A DNA stretch of 63,463 nucleotides, counting the filler, from Octopus bimaculoides (lineage: Eukaryota): the NCBI RefSeq assembly GCF_001194135.2. It is 4 parts of 3 records of this genome, joined end to end, with 100 filler letters (N's around TTAATTAATTAA, not from the genome) between each part and the next. Parts side by side here need not be neighbours in the genome. Positions count along the whole stretch, not along the records: positions 1 to 30,075 come from NC_068982.1; 3 more parts are not named here. The stretch is one strand, 5' to 3'. Under the pieces are notes generated by a model, which saw nothing but the letters and a program-made list of their open reading frames with translations, ran no database searches and was not told where the DNA came from. Of this stretch, positions 1 to 11,392 are shown piece by piece. A program made the translations under genes and the position numbers. The stretch's first letter is position 1. Each line of letters starts with the position of its first letter.

Positions 1-1
1 C

Positions 2-403
2 TATGGTAAATAATAGGGGGCTGAGGACGGAACCTTGGTGGACCCCTACCTCTACCCGGAATTCATTGCTGTACTCATTTCCAACCCTCACCTTACTGGC
101 AGCATCTCTGTACATGGCTCGCACAGCTCTCACTAACCATTCTTCTATCCCAAGTTTCCTCATTGACCACCAGATAAGGGATCGGGGGACCCTGTCAAAG
201 GCTTTCTCCATGTCAACGAAAGCCAGGTACAGAGGTTTATCCTTAGCTAGGTATTTCTCCTGCAACTGTCTCACTAGAAATAAGGCATCAGTAGTGCTTT
301 TACCTGGCACGAACCCAAACTGCATCTCATCTAAATTGATTCGCTCCCTAATTAGTTGGGCTATGACCCTCTCTGTAACTTTCATAACCTGATCTAACAG
401 CTT
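2..403 (-). mobile_element. RTE-clade LINE reverse transcriptase fragment (young, stop-free)
   Basis: Minus-strand translation KLLDQVMKVTERVIAQLIRERINLDEMQFGFVPGKSTTDALFLVRQLQEKYLAKDKPLYLAFVDMEKAFDRVPR...VGVHQGSVLSPLLFTI; QFGF, D-KAFD and QGS-LSP RT motifs. Runs off the window edge. Confidence 0.93.
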
Positions 404-744
404 GGTGTGGATTTGAAATTAGGGAATTATATGAAAAAGATGTTTAGAATTTACTTACTTATTTTTTTAATGTTTTGTTTTGTTTTGTTTTGTTTCCTTA
501 ATACTACGTTCTTAAAACTGTTAGTGGTAATCATCATATTTCATTCCCTTTTGAAATCATCAGCATGATATAGCCTTTCTCTTTGCTATCATTGTTCTCA
601 GTTCCTACCCTGTTGGTATCCCTTAGCGTTTGGAATTGTATGTAGTTATACTTATACTTGGGATAACATGTGAACATTCTACTTGTAAGCCTCACTCCCT
701 CTAATGAAAAGTGTGACTTGCTACTATACAAATCATCTTAACAA

Positions 745-1420
745 CTTTGAAGCATACTCAATGATTGTCATAACTGTATCATCATGAATGCTACAATGAT
801 AAAGGAAATGCTCTTAATAGAAGCAACTCTAGAGGTATCAAATTGATGGATATGTTATGGAAACAACAGAAAGAGTTGTAACACAACTTATTAGGAAAGG
901 AATTAGCTAAATGTAGATGAATTGTTTGTAAGAACCATACAACCCATGCAGAGAGATATCATGATGTCATCAGCAGAATGAGAGATGACAGTGGCTCAAG
1001 CAAAGAATTAAGCAAGCCAGTAGATGTCTACTAGAGCTTGGATTTCAGTTCTGGCCCTGTTTATAATAGTTCACTAGGCCATAACAAAAGGTCATAAAAC
1101 TAAATGTCTCTGAAAACTCCTGTATGCAAATGACCTAATTATCGTAGATGAATCTGTCAAAGACTTGAAGAAGAAGAAAATTCAAACATGGCAGTGACGT
1201 TTAGGATTAACAGGCCTCAAAATAAACTTAGCAATGACAAAAGTTCTAGTTAGTAGAACAGATGACATGACTTTACTGCTATCTGGGAAGTAGTCATTGT
1301 CAGTATACAGGACAAGAGGAAGAAGAAATTCCATGCAGTGTCTCCTGTGTAAACTATGTGGATGAGAGTGAAAGGAAAACTTTGTATGCAGAAGAGGTGT
1401 AGTGCAATAAAAGCAGGATG
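745..1420 (+). mobile_element. Old degenerate RTE-clade RT fragment
   Basis: With frameshifts and stops: CYNDKGNALNRSNSRGIKLMD...TERVVTQLIRK, then LLYANDLII (YADD-like)...GLKINLAMTKVLVS...KRCS; homologous to the 2-403 copy. Confidence 0.75.
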
Positions 1421-1879
1421 ATGAAAATCTATTTAATTATTATTTCATGAGTTTTATTCTGAACGTACAACATAGCATATTCTGAACATAAACCTTTGAA
1501 ACCAACAGATGTTATCTCTAAACCACTTTATCACTCTAAAAGCCATAATGTCTAACTATACATACACATTTGCTAGTTTACAGTAGGACGGACAGTGAAA
1601 ATGAGAAAGTGAGAATTTCATAAAATGGCTTATAAAAAAAAAATATGATTATAAAATTATTTTTTAACGATGAAGTTATCTTATCACACCCGATGAAATC
1701 AGAAGCCTGAGTTCATTAAAATATTAATTTTGAGGGATGAGAAATTAATCGATAAAATAAATTAACACCAGTAGAGACATTTTCTGTAACCATAACTCCT
1801 CTTTCTCTCCTTTGTAAGCTAATACAGCAAATGTTGTGTGTGGTGCTATATATGCTATTGTCTTCTAAATTTTTTAAAA

Positions 1880-2130
1880 TTTTGTTTTTAATTCTCCACC
1901 TCTCTTTCTTTTACACCTCCTTCATTTTCTTTTCCTTTCTTTTTTCCTTTTTCTTTCTTTGCCTTTTTCTTTCTTTCTTTTTCAATTTTCTTTTTTTTCT
2001 TTTCCTTTCTTTCTTTCTTTCTTTCACATTCTTCCTTTCACTTTCTCACTCTCTCTCTTTTTCACATTCTTCCTCCTTCCACAGTGTTTCTCCTTCTTTC
2101 TCTTTCTTTCTTTCACTCTCACTCTCACAC
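1880..2130. repeat. CT-rich low-complexity tract
   Basis: Almost pure pyrimidine (TTTC/TC) run; source of spurious Phe/Leu/Ser ORFs. Confidence 0.85.
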
Positions 2131-2379
2131 GCACAAAGGAAGCATTTGAAGACACAATGGATTGATTTATGAAGACACAGTCAGGAAGGGTTAGAAGACA
2201 CTCCTTCCTGTTTTCTGCCTCAACCTAAAAGGTACACACCCATGAACAAGCAAACACTCAAAGACAGCAACACACACATACACACACGATGTTCTTGCAG
2301 ATATACATTTCAATTAGATATCTCTTTATGTACAAATTTAATTTAAATACCATACAAGTTTAGTGTGTGCGCACATGTG

Positions 2380-2429
<50 letters not shown>

Positions 2430-3335
2430 CGTGCATGTACGTCTTTCTATGTGTTTGTGTTATAAGAATCCAAGAAATTAGATTTGACAATTTTGTAAAG
2501 ACAACCACTGAAACTTGAACTTAGGAAGTTGAGGCACTACAATAGAGAATTNNNNNNNNNNNNNNNNNNNNNNNNNNNNNNNNNNNNNNNNNNNNNNNNN
2601 NNNNNNNNNNNNNNNNNNNNNNNNNNNNNNNNNNNNNNNNNNNNNNNNNNNNNNNNNNNNNNNNNNNNNNNNNNNNNNNNNNNNNNNNNNNNNNNNNNNN
2701 NNNNNNNNNNNNNNNNNNNNNNNNNNNNNNNNNNNNNNNNNNNNNNNNNNNNNNNNNNNNNNNNNNNNNNNNNNNNNNNNNNNNNNNNNNNNNNNNNNNN
2801 NNNNNNNNNNNNNNNNNNNNNNNNNNNNNNNNNNNNNNNNNNNNNNNNNNNNNNNNNNNNNNNNNNNNNNNNNNNNNNNNNNNNNNNNNNNNNNNNNNNN
2901 NNNNNNNNNNNNNNNNNNNNNNNNNNNNNNNNNNNNNNNNNNNNNNNNNNNNNNNNNNNNNNNNNNNNNNNNNNNNNNNNNNNNNNNNNNNNNNNNNNNN
3001 NNNNNNNNNNNNNNNNNNNNNNNNNNNNNNNNNNNNNNNNNNNNNNNNNNNNNNNNNNNNNNNNNNNNNNNNNNNNNNNNNNNNNNNNNNNNNNNNNNNN
3101 NNNNNNNNNNNNNNNNNNNNNNNNNNNNNNNNNNNNNNNNNNNNNNNNNNNNNNNNNNNNNNNNNNNNNNNNNNNNNNNNNNNNNNNNNNNNNNNNNNNN
3201 NNNNNNNNNNNNNNNNNNNNNNNNNNNNNNNNNNNNNNNNNNNNNNNNNNNNNNNNNNNNNNNNNNNNNNNNNNNNNNNNNNNNNNNNNNNNNNNNNNNN
3301 NNNNNNNNNNNNNNNNNNNNNNNNNNNNNNNNNNN

Positions 3336-3710
3336 NTCCTCCTCGTCCTCCTCGTCCTCCTCGTCCTCCTCGTCCTCCTCGTCCTCCTCGTCATCCTCCT
3401 CCTCCTCCTCCTTGTATTCCTCGTCCTCGTCCTCCTCGTTCTCGTCCTCCTCCTCGTTCTCCTCCTCCTCCTCCTCCTTGTACTCGTCCTCCTGCTTGTA
3501 CTCCTCTTCCTCATTGTCCTCGTCCTCCATCTTCCATTTTCTTCCTTCCTTCTTTCTCCTCCTCCTCCCCTTCTCAATCTTTCTTTTTCTTCCTCCTCCT
3601 CATCATCATCAATCTTTCATTTTCTTCCTCCTTCTTTTTTTCTTTCTTCCTCCTTCCTTTTTTCTTTCTTCCTCCTTCCTTTTATCTTTCTTCCTTCCTC
3701 CTCCTCCTGG
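3336..3710. repeat. (TCC/TCG)n and TC-rich simple repeat bordering an N gap
   Basis: Direct reading; source of spurious poly-E/D, poly-R and poly-S ORFs. Confidence 0.9.
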
Positions 3711-3879
3711 GATGTGTATATTTGTACTCTAGTGTCACTTTGATGACATGCATTGCTCTCTTACTCAGTAATTTTTGAGGAGATGGGGCTAGATGATTAA
3801 ATAAACCCCAGAAAAGGAATGAATAAATAGCAAACAATTCTGAAGGTGTAAACAAAAGAAAGAATTATAAAAACTAACC

Positions 3880-5851
3880 TCACCTTCATTAGAAGAGATA
3901 TATTCCAAGGGGACTTCCTCTCTTTTTCACTTCACTTCTTTTCTTCTTGGTGCTAATACCTTTAACTTACATGTTAAACAGGACTGAACTCAGATGCAGT
4001 TACTATGGTAGGACAGTCAACCTGTTGTGTATATGGACAACCCCATGTTGTATGCTATTGTCATCGATAATGAACTAGAAACATTTTGTAGATAGTACAA
4101 AATTGATATAGGATTTAGGATTAGGAAAAATATGTGAAGTCAACATCAAAGTTAGGAAAATTAATTAATTAATATTAAAATCATGCTAAAATAAAAGAAA
4201 CAGTGATAAGAGAATTACAACAAACACAGAAAAACAAATACTTAGGAATCAATGAAGTAGACAGTGTACAACAAATGCAAATTAAAGAAAAGGTTAGGAA
4301 AGAATATTACGGATGCAATAGACTAATACTTAAAACAAAGCTATTTGCAAAAAGTAAGGTAATAGGTATCAATAAACTGGATTTTCTTCTGATAAGTTAT
4401 AGTTATAGTATCCTCAATGAACACTAAATGAGTTAACACGACTAGACAGGAAAATAAAGAGAAATAGTTACTGTATTTAGAATGTAGCAGCCAAAATCTG
4501 GCAGATTATATTTATCTTGATAACAAGAAGATAGGGTCTTACACAAATAGAAAACTATTATAAAATATACACTGGAGGATTAAAAAAGAAGTGTCTAGTA
4601 AAGAATAATCTAAAACTAATACAAATAACTAAAATTAAATGTTTCAGAGATGTACTTGCCAAGCAAGTGATTTGATCTGAGACTATATGCTGAAACTAAA
4701 ATAATTACAGCATGGAAAACACATATTAGCCGTTCAAAAACACACAAAGACTGTTAATTTTACATAAACATTTATTATTTGGTGTCAAAACTTTCTTCTC
4801 ACTAACTGCAGCCAGGTCATTGACATGGTTCCACTGCAGTCTCTTCCATGTAGTTGTTAAAAATACATGAATACATCAAAAATCACTTTCCTGTCTTCAA
4901 GGAAGACAGCAAATACAATATAGTCTGAAGTGATGGAGAATTATGTGGAGAAAAGTTGTGGAGATAATAATTGTAAGTGTTTGAAATACAAAACTAAAAT
5001 GGAACTCCAGTATGTCATGATAAAGCAATTACAGGAAATGCCACTACATGACCAGTGTCTGCAAAGATTTATAGTGGAAGAAATAGACAAAGAAAATTTG
5101 CTCCATGGACTGAGAAGTGCTGGATTCAAAGCTGATATAGAAGGATTCCTTCTCATGGGCTCATGGGAAGCGATCAAGAAGCATGTAATAAAGCAGAGTG
5201 TAGTAAGTATCTGCAGGATATATGGATTTTGAGAAGATATAATTAACTAGATTGACTCTGGCTGCCCAATCTCCTCCAAAAAAGAATACATCTACAAGCA
5301 TAACAGGGTTAGGGGTTTCATATACTTTATGTGAATCTAGTATTATGAAATATTAACAGAAAAGAGGTTATATAAGACATACACTGGAAAAGGGTTCAGA
5401 GCACAACAAAGTAACTGAATTCTGGGATATATTACAGACAAGAATGATCAAGGATAATTAGCTAGATATTGTTATCGAGAACTGACTGGAAAGGATGTGT
5501 CTCTTAATCAATGTATCAGTCAGAACAGGACATAATGTACATAGATCAATGGAGAAATTATCTGAATATGAAGACCTCAAAATAGAAATAATCAGAATGC
5601 GAGGACTGAAAACAAAAACAGTGTATAATGATAAATGCTTTAAGGATGATTTCAAAAACATGCAGGAAAATGTATAACCAAAAACCACAAGCCTAATAAG
5701 CCCGACATATAGAAAATATAAGACCACTAGGTGCTGCACATATAATACAAAGAATACCATCAATACAATATAAAATACAGAATCAAAACAAAGCATCCCA
5801 CATGATCTATGTGCATAGAGCTGCACTCATTGCAGTGAAAGCATATAATAA

Positions 5852-5883
<32 letters not shown>

Positions 5884-6050
5884 CTACTACTACTACTACT
5901 ACTACTACTACCACTACTACCACTACCACCACCACCACCAACACCACTACTACAAAACTTTCCCTCCCAAAACTTCTCTTCACCTCCCTTAGGTTACTAG
6001 GTGTGACCTGACAAATGATTGTATCAAACGTGCAAATTAAAAGCAAAATA
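3880..6050 (+). mobile_element. Old 5'-truncated R4/Dong-type (RLE) non-LTR retrotransposon, from RT to CCHC finger, restriction-like endonuclease and 3' end
   Basis: Degenerate motifs RRDIFQGD, LYMDN (YMDD-like), KYLGINE, IKEKVRKEYY, CRI..GCP..KKEYIYKHNRV (zinc knuckle), ILWD, CLLINVSV..EKLSEYEDLKIEIIRM (RLE) and LGAAHII C-terminus. A simple-repeat expansion (5846-5950) follows, then a 3' end terminating in (TAA)n at about 6047. Confidence 0.8.
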
Positions 6051-6133
6051 ATAATAATAATAATAATGATGATAATAATAATAACAATAATAATAATAAT
6101 GATAATAATAATAATAATAATAATAAATATAAT

Positions 6134-6327
6134 AATCTTTTCTACTATAGGCACAAGGCCTGAGATTTTGGGGGAGAGTACTAGTCAATTACATCGACCC
6201 CAGTGCTCATTTGTTGCTTATTTCATTAACCCATAAAGGATAAAAGGCCAAGTTGACCTTGGTGGAATTTGAACTCATAATATGAAGATGGATGAAATAC
6301 CAATGATTCTACTTGCTTGCTACCTCA
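6134..6327 (-). mobile_element. tRNA-derived SINE with (ATT)n tail ('ATT-SINE'), CpG-decayed copy
   Basis: About 200-bp repeat with many copies in the window. Family sense strand has an A-box-like TGGCAGAATCG, B-box-like GAGTTCAAATTCC, middle GCCTTTCATCC..GGGGTCGATAAAATAAGTACCAG and tail GCCTTGTGCC..AGAAAG(ATT)n. Flanked by (AAT)n on both sides. Confidence 0.8.
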
Positions 6328-6339
6328 ATAACAATGATG

Positions 6340-6383
<44 letters not shown>

Positions 6384-6386
6384 AAT

Positions 6387-6599
6387 AATCCTTTCGACTA
6401 TAGACACAAGGCCTGAAATTTTGTGGGAAGGGGGCTAGTCCATTACATCAGCCCCACTGTTCAACTGGTACTTATTGATCCAAAAAGGATGAAAGGCAAC
6501 ATTGATGTCAGCAGCAATTGAACTCTGAATGCAAAAATGGATGACATGCCATTGAACATTGTGCCCAGCACGCTAACGATTCTGCCTGCTTGCCACCTT
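6387..6599 (-). mobile_element. ATT-SINE, second tandem copy
   Basis: Same family as 6134-6327, separated from it only by (AAT/GAT)n. Confidence 0.8.
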
Positions 6600-6621
6600 A
6601 ATAATAATAATAACAACATTG

Positions 6622-7545
6622 GGTAGGACAGTGCTGTGCCTGAAAAACATCGAAAAAGGCAATACGGTAGACAATTACAGGCCGATATCCTGTTTACCAC
6701 TTATGTAGAAATTATTGACTGGAATACTCGCAGAGTCAATGTACGAACATCTGGAAAAAAATGGAGTCCTGCCACATGAGCAGAAGGCTTGTAACCATAA
6801 GTGCAAAAGTACCAAGGATCATCTCTTGATAGACAAAACTGTAGTTAGAGATTGCAAGAGGAGGAAAAGTAACTTAGCCATGTCATGGATCAACTATCGT
6901 AAGGCGTATGATATGATCCCACATTCTTGGATTATGGAGTGTATGAACCTATTTGGTATTGCATCGAATGTTGAGTGATTGCTTGGAAAAAGTATGGCGA
7001 ATTGGAGGACGGACCTGACAGCATACGGAAGACGTTTAGGGGCAGTAGATATTAGGAGGGGCATCTTCCAAGGGGATTGCCTGTCCCCACTGATCTTTGT
7101 ACTGTACTTGATACCATTGACACTGATTCTGAGGAAAGCAAAAGCTGGATATGTATTCAAAAACCGCCAACAAAAAGTCAACCATTTGTTATTCATGGAT
7201 GACCTCAAACTTTATTGCAAAGATGAAGCCCAAGTCAGTTCTCTCATTGATGCAATATATACCTTCAGTGCTGATATCAGAATGGAGTTTGGACTGAGAA
7301 AGTGTAGTCTGTTAGTCTTGAAGAGAGGTAAAATCAAATGTATGGACGGGCTAGCGATACTGTCAGGGAGGTTATGAAGCAGATAGAAGAGATTGGCTAT
7401 AAGTACTTGGGGACTTTGGAAATGGATAAATTGATGGAGAAAGAAACGACAGAAAAATTTAGGGTGGAGCACTTGCGCAGACTGAGACTGATCCTTAAGT
7501 CGAAATTAAATGGACGGAATAAGACCGAAGCTATCAAGAGGACTC
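6622..7545 (+). mobile_element. R4/Dong-type LINE reverse transcriptase fragment (younger)
   Basis: [24 protein letters not shown]...[16 protein letters not shown]...RRGIFQGDCLSPLIFVL...VNHLLFMDDLKLY...YKYLG...RLRLILKSKLNGRNK; two in-frame stops and one frameshift. Starts directly after (TAA)n. Confidence 0.92.
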
Positions 7546-7624
7546 TATCCTCCTCCTCCTCCTCCTCCTCCTCCTCCTCACCAGAACCACCACCACCACC
7601 ACCACCACCATCATCATCAATTCA

Positions 7625-7885
7625 TTGTTAGTAGACCATGTATACCTATATTCTAATTTTTCCCCTCCTTGCTCATTCAATTTTCTATGTAGCTCCCCAC
7701 CCCTATTATGTCTGCTTTTGTAAATTGTTCCCTTTTATTCACTGCCCTAGTGGCAAATAAAAAAAGTCATCATCATTGTTACTATTGTTGTTATTTTTGT
7801 TTTTGTTTAGTTTTTGTCTGCTGTAACTTATCCTTCGATATTGTTCTCCATGTCTTGAGCCCTTGTGGCCAATAAAAGAAATTGT
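7625..7885 (+). mobile_element. Two short 3'-terminal fragments of an L1/Tx1-like LINE, each followed by (ATC/ATT)n
   Basis: Ends GCCCTAGTGGCAAATAAAAAAAG (7744) and GCCCTTGTGGCCAATAAAAGAAATT (7859) match the terminus GCCCCTGTGGCTAATAAAAGAAATC (47641) of the Tx1-like fragment at 46999. Confidence 0.55.
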
Positions 7886-7898
7886 TATTATTACTATT

Positions 7899-8110
7899 AA
7901 GGTGACAAGCTGGCAGAATCATTACCATGCTAGACAAAATGCTTAGCAACATTCCTTTCAGCTCTTTACATTCTAAGTTCAATTTCTGCCAAGGTCAGCT
8001 TTGCCTTTCATCCTTTTGAGGCTGATAAAATAAAGTACTAGTTCAACATTAATTTAATCAGCTTCCCCTTTTCCTCAGAATTGCTGGCCTTGTGCCAAAA
8101 ATTAGAAAGA

Positions 8111-8112
<2 letters not shown>
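7899..8112 (+). mobile_element. ATT-SINE, full-length, CpG-decayed
   Basis: AAGGTGACAAGCTGGCAGAATC...GGCCTTGTGCCAAAATTAGAAAGA(ATT)n. Confidence 0.8.
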
Positions 8113-8160
<48 letters not shown>

Positions 8161-8161
<1 letters not shown>

Positions 8162-8242
8162 TTATGTTTGACTTTTGTTTTGCATTTGTACAAGTTGGAT
8201 CCAAGTCTCACCCAGAGACCTCAAGAGACAACAAGTTAGAAG
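8161..8242 (-). mobile_element. About 80-bp 3'-terminal stub of an R4/Dong-type LINE between two (TAA)n tracts
   Basis: The reverse complement (CTTCTAACTTG..CTTGAGGTCTCTGGGTGAGACTTG..TTGTACAAATGCAAAACAAAAGTCAAACATAAAA-TAA) aligns with the 3' end at 5970-6047 (AACTTCTC..CTTAGGTTACTAGGTGTGACCTG..TTGTATCAAACGTGCAAATTAAAAGCAAAA-TAA). Confidence 0.6.
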
Positions 8243-8260
8243 TTATTATTATTATTATTA

Positions 8261-8306
<46 letters not shown>

Positions 8307-8316
8307 CATCATCATT

Positions 8317-8730
8317 AAGGTGGTGAGCTGGCAGAATTGTTAGCATGCTGAATGAAAGGTTATCTGATGGACGAGGCTGAGAGGAATGAGGACAGAAACA
8401 TTCCTCTTTGGTAAAGCCCTCATAGACTTTTTTCAATTTTCACTTGAATAGGAAAGTGAGGGTAGAGAGGGAGGTGCTGTCCTTGAGTGAATTTATGAAA
8501 AGGTGGGTGAAAGTTGCGAAAATGGCAAGAGTGGATGGCACCACTCTCAGTGTAGACCTGTGAGTTGGAAGAAAGGAGTTGGAGTGGGCTTTCATCCTTG
8601 GTACTCAGGGTGATCTTGGATGGTGGGGTTCCTTGATTATCTCTAGAGGTCCTCCTGAATCAGGGGGATCCCATCATGATCACCTTTTTGCTAGTGTCAT
8701 ATACTATGTATACTTCCCTTTTTCTAATGT
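8317..8730 (+). mobile_element. ATT-SINE 5' head (about 35 bp) fused to a 3' fragment of an L1/Tx1-like LINE
   Basis: AAGGTGGTGAGCTGGCAGAATTGTTAGCATGCTG is followed directly by VI*WTRLRGMRTETFLFGKAL / FHLNRKVRVEREVLSLSEFMKRWVKVAKM..*, homologous to 47240-47400, then a 3' UTR. Confidence 0.7.
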
Positions 8731-10246
8731 ATACTGAATATACTTTTTATTTTGATCTTGGAACTATAACATAACATGTAGTTGTTGTTATCTCCTCCTC
8801 CACCACCACCACCTCCTCCCCTCCTCCTCCTACATNNNNNNNNNNNNNNNNNNNNNNNNNNNNNNNNNNNNNNNNNNNNNNNNNNNNNNNNNNNNNNNNN
8901 NNNNNNNNNNNNNNNNNNNNNNNNNNNNNNNNNNNNNNNNNNNNNNNNNNNNNNNNNNNNNNNNNNNNNNNNNNNNNNNNNNNNNNNNNNNNNNNNNNNN
9001 NNNNNNNNNNNNNNNNNNNNNNNNNNNNNNNNNNNNNNNNNNNNNNNNNNNNNNNNNNNNNNNNNNNNNNNNNNNNNNNNNNNNNNNNNNNNNNNNNNNN
9101 NNNNNNNNNNNNNNNNNNNNNNNNNNNNNNNNNNNNNNNNNNNNNNNNNNNNNNNNNNNNNNNNNNNNNNNNNNNNNNNNNNNNNNNNNNNNNNNNNNNN
9201 NNNNNNNNNNNNNNNNNNNNNNNNNNNNNNNNNNNNNNNNNNNNNNNNNNNNNNNNNNNNNNNNNNNNNNNNNNNNNNNNNNNNNNNNNNNNNNNNNCAA
9301 CAAAAGAACAAGGATTGGTTATTATTTTCCTTTTTTTAATAAGTTTTCAAGAATAAAACCACAGATCTAGTGGAGAAGGAAGCTGATTCTATGAACATCA
9401 TGTCCTTTGCCAAATCCATTAAATGCAAAAGAAAATAGCCAGTTTCTAAAATTTCTGTACTCAACATCCCTATTCTAGGGTCACAATGAAACAAAGTGTA
9501 ACTTCATATAAATGATTTTACATAATTTTAACATAATTTTACCTATGCAAAGATATATATATATATATATATTATTGGAGTGCTTAAGTACAAGCATTTA
9601 TTATGGAATAATGTAAAGAATTTGATTTTTGGAGGTGGGGTGGCTGAAATTTCTGTTCTACAATGGCTATAGTTTAAAAATTAAATGAATGGGCTTAATA
9701 AAAAAAAATATTATATGTATATATAAATCCATGGACCATTTTGTTTATCATTAACACCTTCGTCTCTCTTCCTTGTTAAAGAAATAGGAAGTGAGCTTTT
9801 AAAATTATATGAATCTTGATGATAAGAGAAGCTGAAGTAAGCTGTGATCTATAGATTAATGTTTTTCTGAGTACAAAAGGAAGAAAGCAGGAAGCCACTT
9901 AAGACTTTGGCAGAGAGAGAGAACATGTAAAAAATTTTGTCTTTGTTTTTAAGTTATTTCATATTGTACACTTTTAAATACTACTGTTTATAGCAGACAA
10001 CTAAAAACATTAAAAAAAATAGACGAGTAAGCAGGAAAGGCAGTGAAATAGCTACAAACATACGTACAATATAGTTATGCACATGGACATATACATGCAC
10101 ACTCTGTAGCTTTCTTACATTTATTCGTATATATTATATGCATATTTGTGCGTGCATACATAATTGATCTTGAACATATATAGGCGCATGCATGAACACT
10201 CACACATATATATATATAAATAAGATCAGTTATGTATGCACAAGTA

Positions 10247-10285
<39 letters not shown>

Positions 10286-10448
10286 NNNNNNNNNNNNNNN
10301 NNNNNNNNNNNNNNNNNNNNNNNNNNNNNNNNNNNNNNNNNNNNNNNNNNNNNNNNNNNNNNNNNNNNNNNNNNNNNNNNNNNNNNNNNNNNNNNNNNNN
10401 NNNNNNNNNNNNNNNNNNNNNNNNNNNATATGTATATATATATATATG

Positions 10449-10485
<37 letters not shown>

Positions 10486-10939
10486 CATGCATGCACTAAA
10501 ATATACATATTCACTTGCACTCACATGATTTTGGTTGTGCTTTTTGTATGCATCTATTAATATTCATTTACATATTTCGAAATTTAGTTTGGAATGTTAT
10601 TAAGATGCATATTGTTCATCCAAACATTTTGTGTAAATAGACAGACAACCAATTTCTTGCATTGTATATGTAGAGACAGAGATAGACAATTGTTTAATTG
10701 CTTATTGCTTGCTGTTTCTATCATGTTTGTGTACACTATATAGTTACTGTTAATCTCATTGCAAGCTGAAATTCCGAAGTGGTTTAACCTTCTTTTGGAT
10801 GTTAATACTCTTTGGAATGGCATGAATATCACACTTTTCATATAATTCTAATTTTGGCACAAGGCCAGCAATTTTGAGGGGAGGGGCAAGTTGATTACAT
10901 CAGTCGAAGTTCTTGACTGGTGCTTATTCTATTGACTCT

Positions 10940-11090
10940 TTTATTCTTTTACTCTTTTACTTATTCTTTGGATGCCTAGTACTTATTCTATCGGGCTCTT
11001 TTGCCAAACCACTAAGTTACGGGGACGTAAACACACTACCATCGGTTGTCAAGCGATGTTGGTGGGACAAACACAGACACACAAATATAT

Positions 11091-11125
<35 letters not shown>

Positions 11126-11392
11126 NNNNNNNNNNNNNNNNNNNNNNNNNNNNNNNNNNNNNNNNNNNNNNNNNNNNNNNNNNNNNNNNNNNNNNNNNNN
11201 NNNNNNNNNNNNNNNNNNNNNNNNNNNNNNNNNNNNNNNNNNNNNNNNNNNNNNNNNNNNNNNNNNNNNNNNNNNNNNNNNNNNNNNNNNNNNNNNNNNN
11301 NNNNNNNNNNNNNNNNNNNNNNNNNNNNNNNNNNNNNNNNNNNNNNNNNNNNNNTGGTAGAAGACACTTGCCCAAGTTGCCACGGGAATGAA
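10940..11392 (-). mobile_element. tRNA/CORE-like SINE with an internal (TA)n(TG)n microsatellite (gap inside)
   Basis: Matches 56145-56456 and 61908-62197 in reverse complement on both sides of the N gap. Confidence 0.75.

Noticed and set aside
2478-3743. Long ORFs containing X runs (here and at about 8.8, 31, 35, 38, 40, 44, 48, 52, 56 and 57.5 kb)
   Set aside because: Open only because N gaps contain no stops; the flanks are microsatellite translations.
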